A DNA stretch of 64,000 bases from Octopus sinensis (Eukaryota). This document shows positions 25,128-39,759 of the stretch, in pieces; the stretch's first letter is position 1, and each line of letters opens with the position of its first letter. The stretch spans positions 106,392,001 to 106,456,000 of the forward strand of contig NC_042999.1 in NCBI RefSeq assembly GCF_006345805.1. Reading direction: 5' to 3'. The notes beneath the pieces are model-generated. The model did no database searches. It was not told the DNA's origin and worked only from the letters and a program-made list of their open reading frames with translations. Both the position numbers and the translations under genes were made by a program.

Positions 25128-25582
25128 TGGTTTTTTTGACTATTTATTAAAATTTTATGTATTGATTAAGTCTTTCCTTGTTTGTTTTGCAAAATAGTGG
25201 TTTTGTCTCTAATAATATTTTATATATATATATATATATATATGCGTGTGTGCGTATGTATATATTCAGTTACATAATTCTTACACAAGTAAATGTGATA
25301 GCTTCTTAGCCAATTCATGTATTTATCTTCGTCAAAATCCCTTGCGTCATTAGGATATTATATTGAAATATATTTTTCGATGCTGAAATAGATAGCATCA
25401 TCTATCATATAACTAAACACTAATATTTGCAAACATTTGTTATGTAAACATCGGCTTCTAGATTCTTGACCGGGAGACCGTTTCGTCATTTGTCCCGATG
25501 TCATCATTTCCTCTTTCTCTTTGCCTCTTTCTGATGCATATACACATACATACACACATACATATACATGCTTCCACGCTCA

Positions 25583-25657
<75 letters not shown>

Positions 25658-25696
25658 GTATATATATATATATATGTATATGTATGTATGTGTATA

Positions 25697-25752
<56 letters not shown>

Positions 25753-26519
25753 TACATGCATACATACATGCATACATACATACATGTAAATATAAAATAC
25801 ATCAATTACAGGACATAAACAACAAGTGTAAATTACGTAGACACACGAATGATAAGTACAGGACGAATTACCAAAACATATGCAATGAGAACAGAACATC
25901 ACCAGCGAGTGAAAAATACGTAAACACATAATGAGAGACAAGTACGGAACAAAATACCAAAACAAGTCTAACTCCTTAGTTGCCGACTGTTAATTACTCA
26001 CTATTTCAAGCTTTCAACGACGATATAGGAAAACTTCATAAAACAGCAACATCTAGAGATTTTTAAAATATAAAATTTCTGGAGAGTTAGAAATTCGAAC
26101 GAACAAACAACTACAGCGTGAACGTACAGAGTAAACAATCGATGAAGGCAAACATTAAGGGGAGTTAAGCCAAGACGCATTTTAACGGCTAACGCCCGTG
26201 AGAGTTTTTCAAAGGATGTAGAATGAATACAAGAGAAGAAAATAGAAGAAAAAAAAAGAGAAAACATGTCAGGAGGCCAGAGAAAATGACGTCCAGCTAA
26301 GAACGAATCGCGCCCAGAAAAGACAGAGGTGAGAAAAAATGGCCTGTAGCCACGTGTGAAAAACAGGCAGACGACAAGGGAGACAAGTAAGAGGATGAGT
26401 GAAAGAAACAAAAGAAGGAGAAGGAAAGAAAGACAGTAAGGGGGGAAGGAAGATAGACAGGCGACAGCAAAGAGGGAGAGAAAAACGGAAATTAAGGAGG
26501 ATTGCAGAGGGGTAGAGAG

Positions 26520-26640
26520 AAGGAAAGAAAGAAAGAAAGAAAAAAAGAAAGAAAGGGAGAAAGAAAGAAAGAAAGAAAGAAAGAATGAAAGAAAGAAAGA
26601 ATGAAAGAAAGAAAGAATGAAAGAAAGAAAGAAAGAAAGG
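26520..26640. repeat. (GAAA)n purine tract
   Basis: Direct reading. Confidence 0.9.
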
Positions 26641-26744
26641 GAACAGAGAGTAGAGTCGCAGAAATTATAAATAAAAGTAAAAACCTACTGTGGACAAGGC
26701 TGCGTAGCGTTCGATTATAAATTCTTTTATTCTTATATTATTTT

Positions 26745-26866
26745 TAAGCCTAGTATTTATTCTATCGGTTTACTCTTGCCGAATCGCTAAGGTACGGGGA
26801 CGTAAACACACCACCATCAGTTGTCAAGCGATGTTGGGGGACAAAGACAGACGCACAAACATATAG

Positions 26867-26934
<68 letters not shown>

Positions 26935-27075
26935 GATGTGCTTTTTCTCAGTTCCCGTCTACCAAATTCACTCACAAGGCTTTGATCGGCCCAAGGTTAT
27001 AGTAAAAGACACTTGCCCATGTTGCCACGCAGTGGGACTGAACCCGGAATCATGTGGTTGTTAAGCAAGTTACTA
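26745..27075 (-). mobile_element. tRNA-derived SINE family 1
   Basis: Collinear with 120-400, with internal (CA)n(TA)n and ...gccacgcagtgggactgaacccggaatcatgtgg head. Confidence 0.85.
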
Positions 27076-28054
27076 TATTTCAAAAATGTTGCCATAAAGG
27101 CATGATTCATAGTAGCTTGCAGGCTGGACAAAGACATTGATGAGGTGAGGGATGAAACGGATGATATTAATGGGAGAAGTCAAAAAACGCCCGCCGAATT
27201 TTTCCTGCTCTAAAACATTATTCTCTCCTTTTTTTTCACAGAAAAATTCAAAACGAGGTAATGAACCTCTTACTTCAGTTTTACAATTTTGGGACTAATA
27301 GTCCATTCAAGAATTGGGGCGTTAGACCTCTTAAACACAATAATATGCAATAAACATTAAACATTATACAATAAACATTATAACAATGAGGCTTTTCAAT
27401 CTCTTGTCACTATTCCTCCCCAACACCGCTTGTGCTCGTCCAATTCTTGGCAAACTTGCTCCTGTGTTTGGCGGCGAATATTGTGAGAAATGCCTGGCTG
27501 TAGTTGATATAGTAAATATTATCACTGTGACTGTCTTCAAAATTGTAAATGCCATTCTCTTTGCCGTTGCAGCAGTGTTGGCGTAATTTGCGGTGGTACT
27601 TTCTATATTACTGTCACTACTCAGATCTAGAAACTCTTTGATGTGTTCTGTCTTTACCAAAACTTTAGTATTCAAGAGTTCTTCCAATCACAGAACCACA
27701 TGATTCTACTCGCACATTCCGAAAAATACGTCTTCAAACCCAGAAATATGTAGGCGGAGCCTTATGCCTATCCACGCGAGGAATGCAAGAGGAGACATGA
27801 ACATTTTCATCTAAGCCCGCTCATTCCATGAATAACTTTATACCGGTACTTTGAACCTTGATTACACAACATTTGGTTGGAGCTTCAGAAATTACATCTT
27901 ATAGATGAAAAGCAAAATAACCTCTTTGCGGATTCTTGGTCACTTCCGTAAAATAACAATTTCAATGTCGGAAATTGTTGATTGTAAAATATAAGAATTG
28001 GAAACAAAAAGTAACCAGACTCCTACGTGTCTTAATGCACGTCCAAGTATTATT

Positions 28055-28055
<1 letters not shown>

Positions 28056-28095
<40 letters not shown>

Positions 28096-28121
28096 ATAGT
28101 AGTAGTAGTAGTAGTAGTAGT

Positions 28122-28174
<53 letters not shown>

Positions 28175-28175
28175 T
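28056..28175. repeat. (TAG)n microsatellite
   Basis: Direct reading. Confidence 0.95.
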
Positions 28176-28370
28176 ATAAGACTAGTAATTTTGATGGAGA
28201 TGCTAGGAGATAACATTGACCTCATCATTTCATTTAAACTCGGAATTGTGGAAAACATCGACGGGACTTCAATCGAATCCGAAACGAAACTACTTGAACA
28301 AATCCTACAAGGATTTTATGATGCTTTAAATATTCGTCTAATCTACTACTGTGGTTGGTCAGTAGAAACC

Positions 28371-28435
<65 letters not shown>

Positions 28436-28436
<1 letters not shown>

Positions 28437-28915
28437 TGACTGTCCCAATCGATATAAACGTATGTCAAGACCTACCAAAAACTGAGCAAATATAAAGATC
28501 TTGAAATAGAAATCAGCAAAATGTGGAACCTGAAGACTAAAACAATACCTGTTGTCATAGGTGCCCTGGGAATGATAGCGAAAGGGACTGATTGCTACCT
28601 AACTCAGATACCAGGAAACCCCAAAATGGCAGAAATTCAAAAGATAGTGCTCATGGGAACTGCTCATATCCTACGCAAAATACTCTCTATGTAATCCCAA
28701 GGTTTAAAACAAACTTTTTTTTTGTTTATTTATTTATTTTTATTTTTATATGTATTAGATATTCACTAGTACAACACCAAAAAAAGGGAAGAAAGAAGGA
28801 GAAAGGAAAAAAAAAAACCAAATATATGGCACAGAACTTCCAACATGTTGTCTCCTGAGGTCTCTGGGTGAGACTTGGAGCCAACTTGTACAGACATAAA
28901 GCAAAAGTCAAACAT
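28436..28915 (+). mobile_element. R4/Dong-type non-LTR retrotransposon 3' fragment, subfamily A
   Basis: Encodes KYKDLEIEISKMWNLKTKTIPVVIGALGMIAKG...MGTAHILRKILSM. (TAA)n on both sides (28372-28435 and from 28916). Same 3' UTR as 47853. Confidence 0.9.
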
Positions 28916-28919
28916 AGAA

Positions 28920-29142
28920 TAATAATAATAATAATTAGAAGAAGTAGAAGAAGAAGAAGAAGATAAAGATGAAGAAGAAGATGAAGAAGAAGAAGAAGAT
29001 GAAGATGAAGAAGAAGATGAAGATGAAGAAGAAGAAGAAGAAGAAGAAGAAGAAAAGAAGAAGAAGAAGAAGAAGAAGAAGAAGAAGAAGAAGAAGAAGA
29101 AGAAGAAGAAGAAGAAGAAGAAGAAGAAGAAGAAGAAGAAGC
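28920..29142. repeat. (TAA)n then (GAA/GAT)n microsatellite
   Basis: Direct reading. Confidence 0.95.
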
Positions 29143-29737
29143 TGGGTCAATTCATACGCATTAAGTATGATAGATATGAAAGACATTACAAGTAATAAAA
29201 ACAATATATCATAATTTATTTCACATACTAAATGCCGAATATTCAGAAATGCGTACATGTTGCCTGCAGAATGTTATATCATGTTATATCCATCTAAATA
29301 ATCTATCATCCACAAAGTCATTTAATTGTTACTCTCGATGTACAAGCTTCAAAAGCAATATATTAAGGCAATAAGAAAATGACACGTTCAAAATACTGAG
29401 AAAAAAATGTTCAGGTTCTAAAGTAAATTTGTAAAGCATTGAATTTTCTTGAATCAAGGATAATTCTTTAAGCACAGACGTGCAGACATCCAACCCGCTC
29501 GAAGACATGTGATTATATACATACAGATAATTGTACATATGTATGTATATCTATATGTGTGTGCGTGCGCGCCTATGTGTGTATGTGCACCATACATGTA
29601 AATACATGCATCTCTCAATGAATGGACTACTTTTTTGTTGATCTAACTTTATACATATATATATATGTGTATGTGTGTCTTTATAGTTATGTATATGTAT
29701 ATATATTTATATATATATACACACATACACACACGCA

Positions 29738-29770
<33 letters not shown>

Positions 29771-30688
29771 TACTATATTCATATATGGCTTCCAAATAAT
29801 ATTTTACTTTATATTCTTAAACGTTTAAACGCTTTACTTTTTTCTGACAACTATTATCCACTTTCTCAAACAATTTGCATGATCTCCTTCAAGCCATTAT
29901 ATCACTAAAAAAAGTGTGGAAAAGTAACTCAAATAAACATGGTTTTCTTTCTTTTATTCTGCTTATTGCATCTGGACAGACTAAAGAATATTGACACAGT
30001 TATTAAAGTAATTGTTTTGCACAACACGTAGTGCACAAATCTGTTTAGGATTAGTTCGTCGTTTGTCCCCATAATTTTGAACTAATCAATTACTGGTTTG
30101 AAATAAGAGTTATTATGTTTACGAAGAACTTCTTCAAGGCTTCGTGACATCTCAATAAAAGTAAACATCCTCATTATCATCGCTAGCGGTGCATGAATAA
30201 TTTGCGAAATCCCCAAAACTTGACTGCCAGTTATTTCCCATGCAAGCTAAGAGGCATTTCTAGTTTGTGTCTTCAGCATCTACAGCGCTGTAGTAAATAT
30301 AGGTTACACGAAGTCGCGTAGCCTAAGTTCTGCCCCGAAGTAATGACATGTACTTATAAACTTGATGTTTATAGATATAGATGTTGTAGCTATCAACAGA
30401 GCTAAAATTTTGGGATGGATAAATTCGTGCTCCTGCAAAATATGAAGATTAGACTCCAAATGGCTATCACCAGATTCAAGTGTATTTACAGCATTGTTTT
30501 ATAAAGGACTAGAGATGTCGAAGTAAAAGGAAGCTTCCTGGATACGGAAGATACCTTCTGAGTAGTTAACATGAGTATCACAGACTAATGATCATTTGAG
30601 CTTTGGATTGTTTTAGGTGGTTAGATATCTTCAGATATCTCAAATAATGATTAGCATCAACTCCCTTATAGTTTTTAGTTGAAATATG

Positions 30689-30793
<105 letters not shown>

Positions 30794-32667
30794 AGAAAAA
30801 GATGTGCAAAATCATCATGAACTTGCTCAGATAGTTTCAGGTGTCTCAGAGTCAAAACCTATACTTTTCAGGTCTGCTATCAAAGCACCGTGAATTTTCG
30901 AGAATGTACAGCTATAATGTGTTAGTTCTCGCAGCACATACAGATAGTTTAGAGTCTTTGATAATTGACTAAATAAACCACAAGTTGTTGTCCTAACTGT
31001 CAGAAAGTGGTCCGTACTGAAGGCCTTGTTACGGAATGAATAATATCTTGTTGCTATTTTTCAATCGCTACAATTTATGTATCCTTATTTATATGTTTCA
31101 TATATATACGGTAACTCTTAACGCGTAGAAACTGAAACATTATTTAGGTGAGATTTTCTGCACCTGAAGGTCTTTGGAAAAGTAACTACAGGATTTCTTT
31201 TAACCCTCCTACCTCTATTAAATTACATTTCCCAGATTATTTGCACATTTTGTAGTGCGTGCATGTACCATCTCCTTACATAATGGTAACATTTTTCATT
31301 ATTTAATACTGTCGTAAAACAATGTGTTCGAAAACTAAGAATAGTATGACCATAAGCTCGTTTAATCAGAACTTATTTTGGGCTAAATAACAAGAAAAAC
31401 CAACCATTATTATCTTATGAATTATCAGTTGCATTTTAAAACATAAAACTCTATCATTGATGAGCTGGGATATTTATCAAGGCACCATACACTATAATGT
31501 GACCCTTCTATAGTATTGCAGAGAAACACAAATAACTCCGCTCTCGAGTATTTCAGTAGGCTGAAAAAGACCTTGTTGAGAGATTTCCCAGGGACTAGTA
31601 GTTTGTTCAGGAGAGGGCTATGCGACAGTAGTGTTTAGAACACCGGGTAAACCTGAAATATTTTGCACTTTTGGAAATAACTAACACATAGAATAGGTTT
31701 CAGGAAGTTTTTTTGTGACCAGGTACATCTTCATTTCGTTTTATGTGTGTTCATCGATAATCATAATGTCTTGCAGAGATTCTAAGAGGAACATACTTAA
31801 TGCTTTTCTTGAAAGATGTTACTACTAGAAAAGTGATATCTTAATAATTAATTTGATTTGTTGGTGCAGTATAGTTATATTAAGATATATGTAATGAGTA
31901 AGAATACGTCAGAAAGCGTATAAGATATGCAGACAGATTAGTGTTGAGACCAGTTCAAAGACCTAAAATCCAACATCAAACGAAAGGAGACATAATCCAG
32001 GAAAACAAGAGGTACATGTAACACATGTAGTATTCAAAGCAAGGAAAGCACAATAAAATAAAAAATGGAGATGCAGTTGTAGATGGCATGAAAGCATTTA
32101 TGCATTAGTTGTAGAGAATTTGATATAAAAATAATTAAGTAGTGACACAGGAAGTACTGGAAAAGGAAAGTCCATTATAGTTCAACATAGACAGGTAGAC
32201 ATTCAGAAAGCTACTGCTCTAAGTTAGAGTATGAAATCTCCTGAAATCTATTTATATATATAGGATAATTGCTAGGATTCTTCTCTTTCATATTCTCACC
32301 TGTGATATTAGAAGATGAATTTTCCGGATGTCTACCTATCTGTGTTGAACTACTATGTGCTTCCGTTTTCCCAATTTTCTCAAGTTTTCTGTTTAATTAT
32401 ATTTATACGTCATTTTCTATAATTAATTTATAAATGATTTGTACCTATTAATTACTAACTGTCCAACTTTTATTTTATAAAAGACATTTCAAGAATTATA
32501 TTAACTGAACATTTTTCATTTTCAATTTATATCTAGTTGTATGCTCTAAACACAATGTGAAATTTATGAAAATTTATAAGCTGAAATGCAATGTTATCAG
32601 TTTAATATTTGGTTTTCTGACAAATATAAGCTCCCCAAGAAATATTTTGTGAATTCGAGAATTGTAT

Positions 32668-33190
32668 ATTGCCAGAGGTACCCGGCGTTGCTCGGGATTA
32701 AAACAGTTTTCAGACTCTCGCCTTCAGTGTTCTAGTCTTCCTTGGTTTATACTTGTTTATGGAGAGATTACGTCTTTTCTGTGTTTTGTCCACTCATTCC
32801 GTAACAAATTATTTGAAGAGAGCAGAAATTTAAAGAAGAGAAAGCGAAAAGGACAGAGAAAGAAAGTGAAAGATGTATGTACGTCTATATGAAATGGACG
32901 CGCGTGTGTGTGTGTGTGAGAGAGAGAGAGAAAGAGAGTGAAAAAGAGAGATAGACTGAGTGAAGATGTATGTCGTGCTGATTGATGTCTTTTATGGTAC
33001 ACACACATATAGAAAATGTGACTTCATCGCGTAAAATGTTTACGATAGTTGATTTATGTAAAAGATTATAAGGTTACATTTTTGAAATGCAAATATGTGA
33101 ATGGAAATTAAGTTGAATTTGTAGCCGAAATAGTACTGAAACTTTTGATACCCCATACGTCCAAATCTGTAAATCGGTTTTGGAACGCAT
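32668..33190 (+). mobile_element. possible non-autonomous Helitron/Helentron-like element
   Basis: Subterminal hairpin CCCGGCGTTGCTCGGG (32681-32696) and internal (GT)(GA) microsatellite. Recognised from memory only; the right end is uncertain. Confidence 0.35.
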
Positions 33191-33253
33191 AAGGAACACA
33201 CACACACACACATACACACACAGAGACACACACACACATACACACACACACTC

Positions 33254-33290
<37 letters not shown>

Positions 33291-33666
33291 ACAGACTTCT
33301 TTCAAGTTGAGTGCATTATCTCACATTACTATAGAGATGTAATACTGAAATAGTGTAAGAGATAAGAGATTGCTCTGGGCTCGCATTGAGTAAGAAGTTG
33401 GAAATTTATTTGGCCCATGACACTGCATGTACCTTGGCTTTTGTATTTGACAACTGTCACAGCAAACACGTTGCTTTTAATGGCGAAACAAACAGGACAA
33501 AAAGATTACAAAAATAGTGATTCTCACTTTGAAACTAAACATTTTGAAAATCGTTTTAGATTACAGAACGCTTCGCTCTCTCAAGTACCCATGTTTAAAA
33601 TTTCAGCGCGATGGGATGAATAACACTCGAGTTATATACGCATTAAAAGACACAACAGAGAGAAAG

Positions 33667-33735
<69 letters not shown>

Positions 33736-34189
33736 CACGCTTGTGTGTGCATGTACATACGCAAGTATGTATGTATCTATCTGTGTATTTACGTAAGTTA
33801 AGACATTTGCTTTTGTTCAGAAAATGTACCATATCACATCACTTTCGAAATATATTTGGTTCCTAAAAAATGGGAGTGTCAACTATTTCATGCTATTATA
33901 GATTATTGTTGATAAACCAAACGCGTACATCGAACATGACAGACGCTGTCAACTATGTGATATTGAACATCGCAAAAAAAACTCATTCTATTTGGCTACA
34001 TTTTGAGCAGGAAAGAAAGAAACGCTTCTGGTATGCTTCATTTACACAAAATATTGATTGGAGGCATCAGATTTGTTCATTAATCCCCTATTCATGTGGT
34101 TGTAAATGAATAATAGATGCAAGTAATTTAACACAACATGTAGATGGAAAATAAGTAGATTCGCTAACTGCTGGTAACAAGATAAATAC

Positions 34190-35340
34190 AAGTGCACTCT
34201 AAACCTAAAATATCATTTTCGAGCTAACTGCAGTTCCCTTTGCACGAAATTTTTCTCAGTTAGGAATTACATCCCATAATGTTTGCCACATGTAGAGTTT
34301 ACTAATAAATCAGTTGCAGAATAGTGACTTATAGAGTAGCTACTTGTATCGAGACTTGTTGATTGAAAGATTTATAAAATCGAATAATTTTTCTTGTTCT
34401 CTTTCTAATTTTGCTTTCATATGCTGGTGTGATATTATTTGTGCATTGAACTTTGTAGTCACTAATGGGAAATGTTTCAGCGTATGATGTTGGAATTTCG
34501 TTGTATAATGATTTGTTGGGCAATGGTTCGGTGAGACTTAATGAAATATTACTAACGAGATTGTTTACTTTTACACTTTGTATTTCATTAGAGAAATTTT
34601 GTTTATACTGTTTGTCTCTTATTTTCATTTTATAAATTTTGTTGAAGGCTGTTTCTAAATTTAGGTTTATATTTTAAACAGAGATAAGCTGTGTTAAAAC
34701 TGTGATGTGGAGGCCTTATTTGTTAAAAAATTGTTTTTTTCTAAGTTGATCAGTTGAGGGATGAACATTTTGCGATGAATAATCCACTCCCTCTATATAA
34801 TCCGTCTGAAAAAGAAAGAAATCTAGAACGAAGTGTTGGTAATATGTAGAGGCTAATCATATCTTTAAAGTCTTGGGATTGTCTTGACTTTATGCTAATA
34901 TCAAAATATTCTTTACGGATTATTTTCCTCAAGTATCCATCATTATGGAATAGAAGTTTTTTTGGTCGTAATATTATTTTCACTATGAAATATTTAATAG
35001 GTTTGACACTATTCAGAACTACTATTATATATGATTCACCTATTGCTGCCCATGAGTCTTTAATCTCAACCTGTTGGAAATGTCAACTACATTTATTCGG
35101 GATGTTTAACAACTTTCCTCACCTTTTCTTTGGAGAGTTCATCGTTGCTCTAGAGAAGAGGCGAAAATATCGCAATATTGCGTATAAATATTTCAGTAGT
35201 TACTTACTAATGATGTTAAAATTAGTTTGTTGGACAGAGGCAATATTCGGAAAAGAAGTTTTGTGGTCTTTAATTGTGATATATGAATATCTGGGTGTTG
35301 AAATATCTTCCCTGTTGTTTGTATTTTTATAGTTTAATGT
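34190..35340 (-). mobile_element. degenerate Penelope-like element (second family), RT region
   Basis: Shifting minus frames give YITIKDHKTSFPN, NIPNKC, KKLLFHND, GLYRGSGL (cf. GLYRDDGL) and RKRTRKIIRFYKSFNQQVS (cf. RKRNIIWFNPPF). Confidence 0.75.
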
Positions 35341-37682
35341 TGTATTTTGTGTTGTTTTTTCTTTTATACATTTAACATAGATTTACAAAGGATACAATGC
35401 CAAGAAACGTTATTTCACTGTTAAAATTATTTGTTTTATCCGACTTTGCAAATAAGTTTCCACTGGACTTGATATAGGTAATTTTCAGCTTCAGCACATT
35501 TTGCTGAGAATTCAAATGTGCTTGTTAAATCTGAGGCTTTTGATCATTGCCAATACTCCTATACTGAAAGAGTTGTATTAGGATATTGGATACTGGACAG
35601 ATATGAGTGTGTGTATGTGTGTGTTTGTGTGTGTGCGTTTGTGCGTGTTTGTGTACATGTTTGTTTCGCCTGTTTGTGTGCCGTGTGTGTGCCGTGTGTG
35701 TACCGTATGTGTGTCGTGTGTGTGTGCTGTGTGTGTACCGTATGTGTGCCGTGTGTGTGCTGTGTGTATATGTCGTGTGCATGTATATTCCGTGTTTGTG
35801 TACGCATCTCAGTGCATATGCGTGTGTGACATTATTTCTTTCATTTACGTCAGTATTCTTTTACTCGTATTCTTAAAATTGTTCTGCAGGTTCAGTAATT
35901 AACTATTTCAGCTGACATTTTCCCCTTCAACTAGTTATTTATTTTACACGTAGTCGGTATATTCGTTTATGGTTTTCGGTTTCATATCCTAAATCTTTGA
36001 AAATTAAGGCTGTTTTTCATATGATGGGAAACTAAAACTAGAAGCATTGTATCTAATACGAAATGAGAATCATGCCCTTTATACGTTCTGCTTGCACACG
36101 GTAGTCCAAAAGCATAGATAAAAGCTAAACGCATAGAATCATAATCAAAGTCATATACACAAACCTTCACGGGCACACGGACACATACACATACTTGAAC
36201 ATACACATACATGAGCATACACGACCATAGACAGACACACACACATACATGCAGACACACACATACACATACATACATACATAAATACATACATACACAT
36301 ACATACATACATACATACATGCATGCATACATAACCTGTTGAATTTGTTGAAATGACGGAGCCTTATATTTAGGTTAGAAACCGGCTCTTTATCTATTGG
36401 CAAGAAATCTTGAAATAAAACTGAATAATGACATACATACATACAAATGATCAGGATAACTGGGACTGTAAATACGTATAAAAATCAGAAACACCTTGAG
36501 ATTTGAAGGATGACGGTCAAATCATGATACTTCATAACCTTGCTACCAAATCAGCGGCCAGTCAAAATATACTCTAAATTTAAAAGATAGTCAGAAGGCA
36601 TACGTGTATACATACATGCAAACTAACATACATACATACATACATACATACATACATACAAACAAACAAACATATATACATACAAACATACATACATTTA
36701 TACGCACGCATACACACACTCGTATAAAAGTATAGACGGTAATACATGCATAACTTCGAGCTTACAGGTACCTTGGACAAGGTAGTGAGTAGCCTCTCCT
36801 GGGTTGTTCAATTCTGATTGATGAGTAACAACGTGCTTCTAAGTAAGGTACTTTATTTTATTTGCTCCATTTCACTCAAATATTTGATGCAGGAAGCAGA
36901 ATTTCTCAGAAGCGTATATGTGATACTACCTTCTCCATGGAGAGATTTATTGTTCATCCAGTTGACTCAATAAACTGGTGAAGTTATTACAAACACTACT
37001 TTTATTACTTAAATATACATATACACAAACATGCAGACATCTATCCACATACATATATAAGTAAATATATGTATAAATATATATATGTATATGTGTGTAT
37101 GTTTCCGTGCGTATGTGTACCTTTTATATCAAACTGGAAAGAGTAGTTGTGAAAATTTTGACATCAGGAAAATGTTATGGAAAGTAAAGTGTTGTCAGCC
37201 ATAAGCACTGAACATATCAACTTTGACATTATCAAGAAGCAGGAGTGTTTTACACACACACACATAAACACACACACACACACACACACACACTATCACA
37301 CTCACACACAGACACGCACGCATACACACGCATATGGCAAGTGTAAGAAAAAGTCTTTAGCCAATCTATATTATATAAAACTATCAAGCTGGAAAGCTTT
37401 TACTTCCCTGACATTAATCAGATAGAGTTGATTTTATAACATTATGTTCGTCAAACAACTTTAAACCAAGTCATAAGTTAGTGTAATGTGTTATTGTTGT
37501 TCTTTTTCCATCAATCAATGTGCTCCCTTTTTCCAAACATACTCTGTAGTATACGATCATAGCAATGAAAGGCAGTCAAATGCCATATCATCTCATATCT
37601 CATAGTATTCGTTATATATATTTTTTTACCTTTATCATTGGCGTTGATAAAAAGAATAATTATTTGTTGTACTAAATCACAG

Positions 37683-37797
37683 AATATGCTGCACAGCCGA
37701 TATCAACCAACGTTCATTTAGAAATCCATCTCTTAGAATGGCCAAGTTGGGCCGAGAAAATTTAAGAGAAATCATAAGTCCTAGGTTCAATCTCCTG
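37683..37797 (+). CDS. candidate spliced exon of an unidentified host gene (phase 2-0)
   Basis: ...ctaaatcacag|AATATG...CTCCTG|gtgagt (consensus donor). Open frame ICCTADINQRSFRNPSLRMAKLGRENLREIISPRFNLL, phase-compatible with the 44439 exon. Confidence 0.35.
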
Positions 37798-39562
37798 GTG
37801 AGTATATCATTAAACGCGAAGAGTGTATATATCAGAGGAGAGAGAGAGAGGTAAATGAAGGGATAAGCTAATTATACAGATCAATATATAAAGTCTATTA
37901 AATACATGAAATACAAAAAATGTGTCTATATATATGTATATATATAATAACAAAATAATAAATAAAACATGCGTATATATACATACATATATGTACGTAC
38001 CTACATCTATATGTACATATGCATGCATACATGGATACAGGACACCAAAAAAACGTCGAACACTATGAAAAACGAAAACATAAAAACAAAACCAAGGAAA
38101 TTGACATTTTTCCTAATCAACGAAAAAATCGAGTACAAGACATACAACACAAGGAACATTCCCCTTCTTCAGCCGCCTCTGTTTTATCTACTCCGCGTTT
38201 CGAACTCTACAGGGTTCTGTGTGTGTGTTTTGTGTGTGTTTTATAAATCTCTCAAAATTATCTTTACATTTCAGTTATTAAAACCCATTAATATAGTACT
38301 CGATAATTAACATAACTATATTGCTTCCTCTCAAACATCGACTTTTCTACTTTATTATAACATCGTAAAAAAACAACGGTTTAAATGCTTTTGCATATTT
38401 TATCACGGTCCTTTTTAGATGGAGGTGCATTCCGGAGCTAACGAAGAATGATTCTGCTTCTTTGTTCTCTTTGCTAATAAAATCCGCCAAACATTTTCTC
38501 ACAGTATTCTATAATTTTAAAATATAGTACGAGGCGAGTATATTAGATAATGTATTAGTGAGGTTTTCTGTCAGATAAAAGAATGTGCTTGCAACGTCTT
38601 TGATCATATATCTTCTTAGTCATGTCTGACATGAATACAAACAACAACTAGTTTCCGAAGTTGAAGTAATAAACAACAATCAATCATTGTAATCCACAGA
38701 AAAGGAAATACCACCCACCATAAGCTGATACTTTGTCCTTCCGTTAGAAATAATTAATAGATAATTAATCTGAGGGGTATGTTATCTTTTAGAAATTCCA
38801 GTAAGCTACTGTTTACTCATTATTGCTTAAATAATTGTGCAACTTATTCATTACGGATGTGTTATTTCTTCCTCTTGCAAATAGCATTGGATTTACTTTC
38901 TGTCTATATAATGATACGCCCATGATTAGATAAAAACGGTAAAATAAATTAGATACATTACAAAGCTGAGTTAACATTTAGTGTTCTAAGAATTCTAGAA
39001 CATCATAGATGTTGAAACCGGTTGAAATGTCCAAATAGGCATTTAAGCTTAAATATCATAAGGGTCACAAAATATAAACGTATATTTTAGAAATATGCAG
39101 CATCTTATTGCGCATGCATATTCACGCATATTCTCACTGGTTAGTATATTCTTTTATTCTTTAACAAGTTTAAAGCATTGGATCGAGGCTATGTTGAGGC
39201 AATGCCTTCCCAGTCTCAGTCGATTCAAACCAAGTCCTTATTTTTTAAGTGCATGAGTATACTGTTTCCTATTTCCTTAATGCATCTGCACACATGCAAA
39301 CACATGTACAACAGGTATATGCATACATAGGCACTCACGCCCGTCCATACATATACATACTCACGCGCACAGTATCCTCACATTCACGCATAAGTTTGTG
39401 CACACACTTAAGGCAGATTACTACTGTCTCCCTTGCCACCCTTGTCTTCAACCACTTCCTTCCTTTCGGTCAATTCAACATGTGCAACCATTAATATAGA
39501 CACCTCTCTTGTCTTTGTCCCATTTTCCTCTCGCTCCATCTGTTTTATCTCCTCGTTACCTA

Positions 39563-39590
39563 CTGTTGAGGAGCGAGGGCTCGAAACATT
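39563..39590 (+). ncRNA. degenerate minimal hammerhead motif
   Basis: CTGTTGA-G-GAGC(gagg)GCTC-GAAACATT; related to 14243-14280. Confidence 0.4.
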
Positions 39591-39759
39591 AAATACTCTT
39601 CCATTTTTCTAAACGCCGAACTTGTACACCTTCTCTGTAGTTCCTTCACCTGTCTCAATCGTTTATTTTTATTTATTTTAGCTTTTGTGCAATTATGGAC
39701 AATATATGCATGTATGTCTGTCTGTCTGTTGGTGTCAATAAAATATACATGCACATATA

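Noticed and set aside
26000-26420. 136-aa minus ORF and possible Penelope 3' relic
   Set aside because: The ORF is driven by purine/pyrimidine skew, and the motif resemblance is too faint to call.
33315-33365. Stem ending in GAAAT-AGT-GTA-AGAGATA resembling a hammerhead 3' half
   Set aside because: The CUGANGA core is absent; at best a deleted relic.
38140-38215. CTGAAGA and GAAACG words on the minus strand in type II order
   Set aside because: I could not form helices I-III consistently.
38419-38503. Possible + exon WRCIPELTKNDSASLFSLLIKSAKHFLT
   Set aside because: Weak donor (gtattc) and phase-incompatible with the stronger 37683-37797 candidate.
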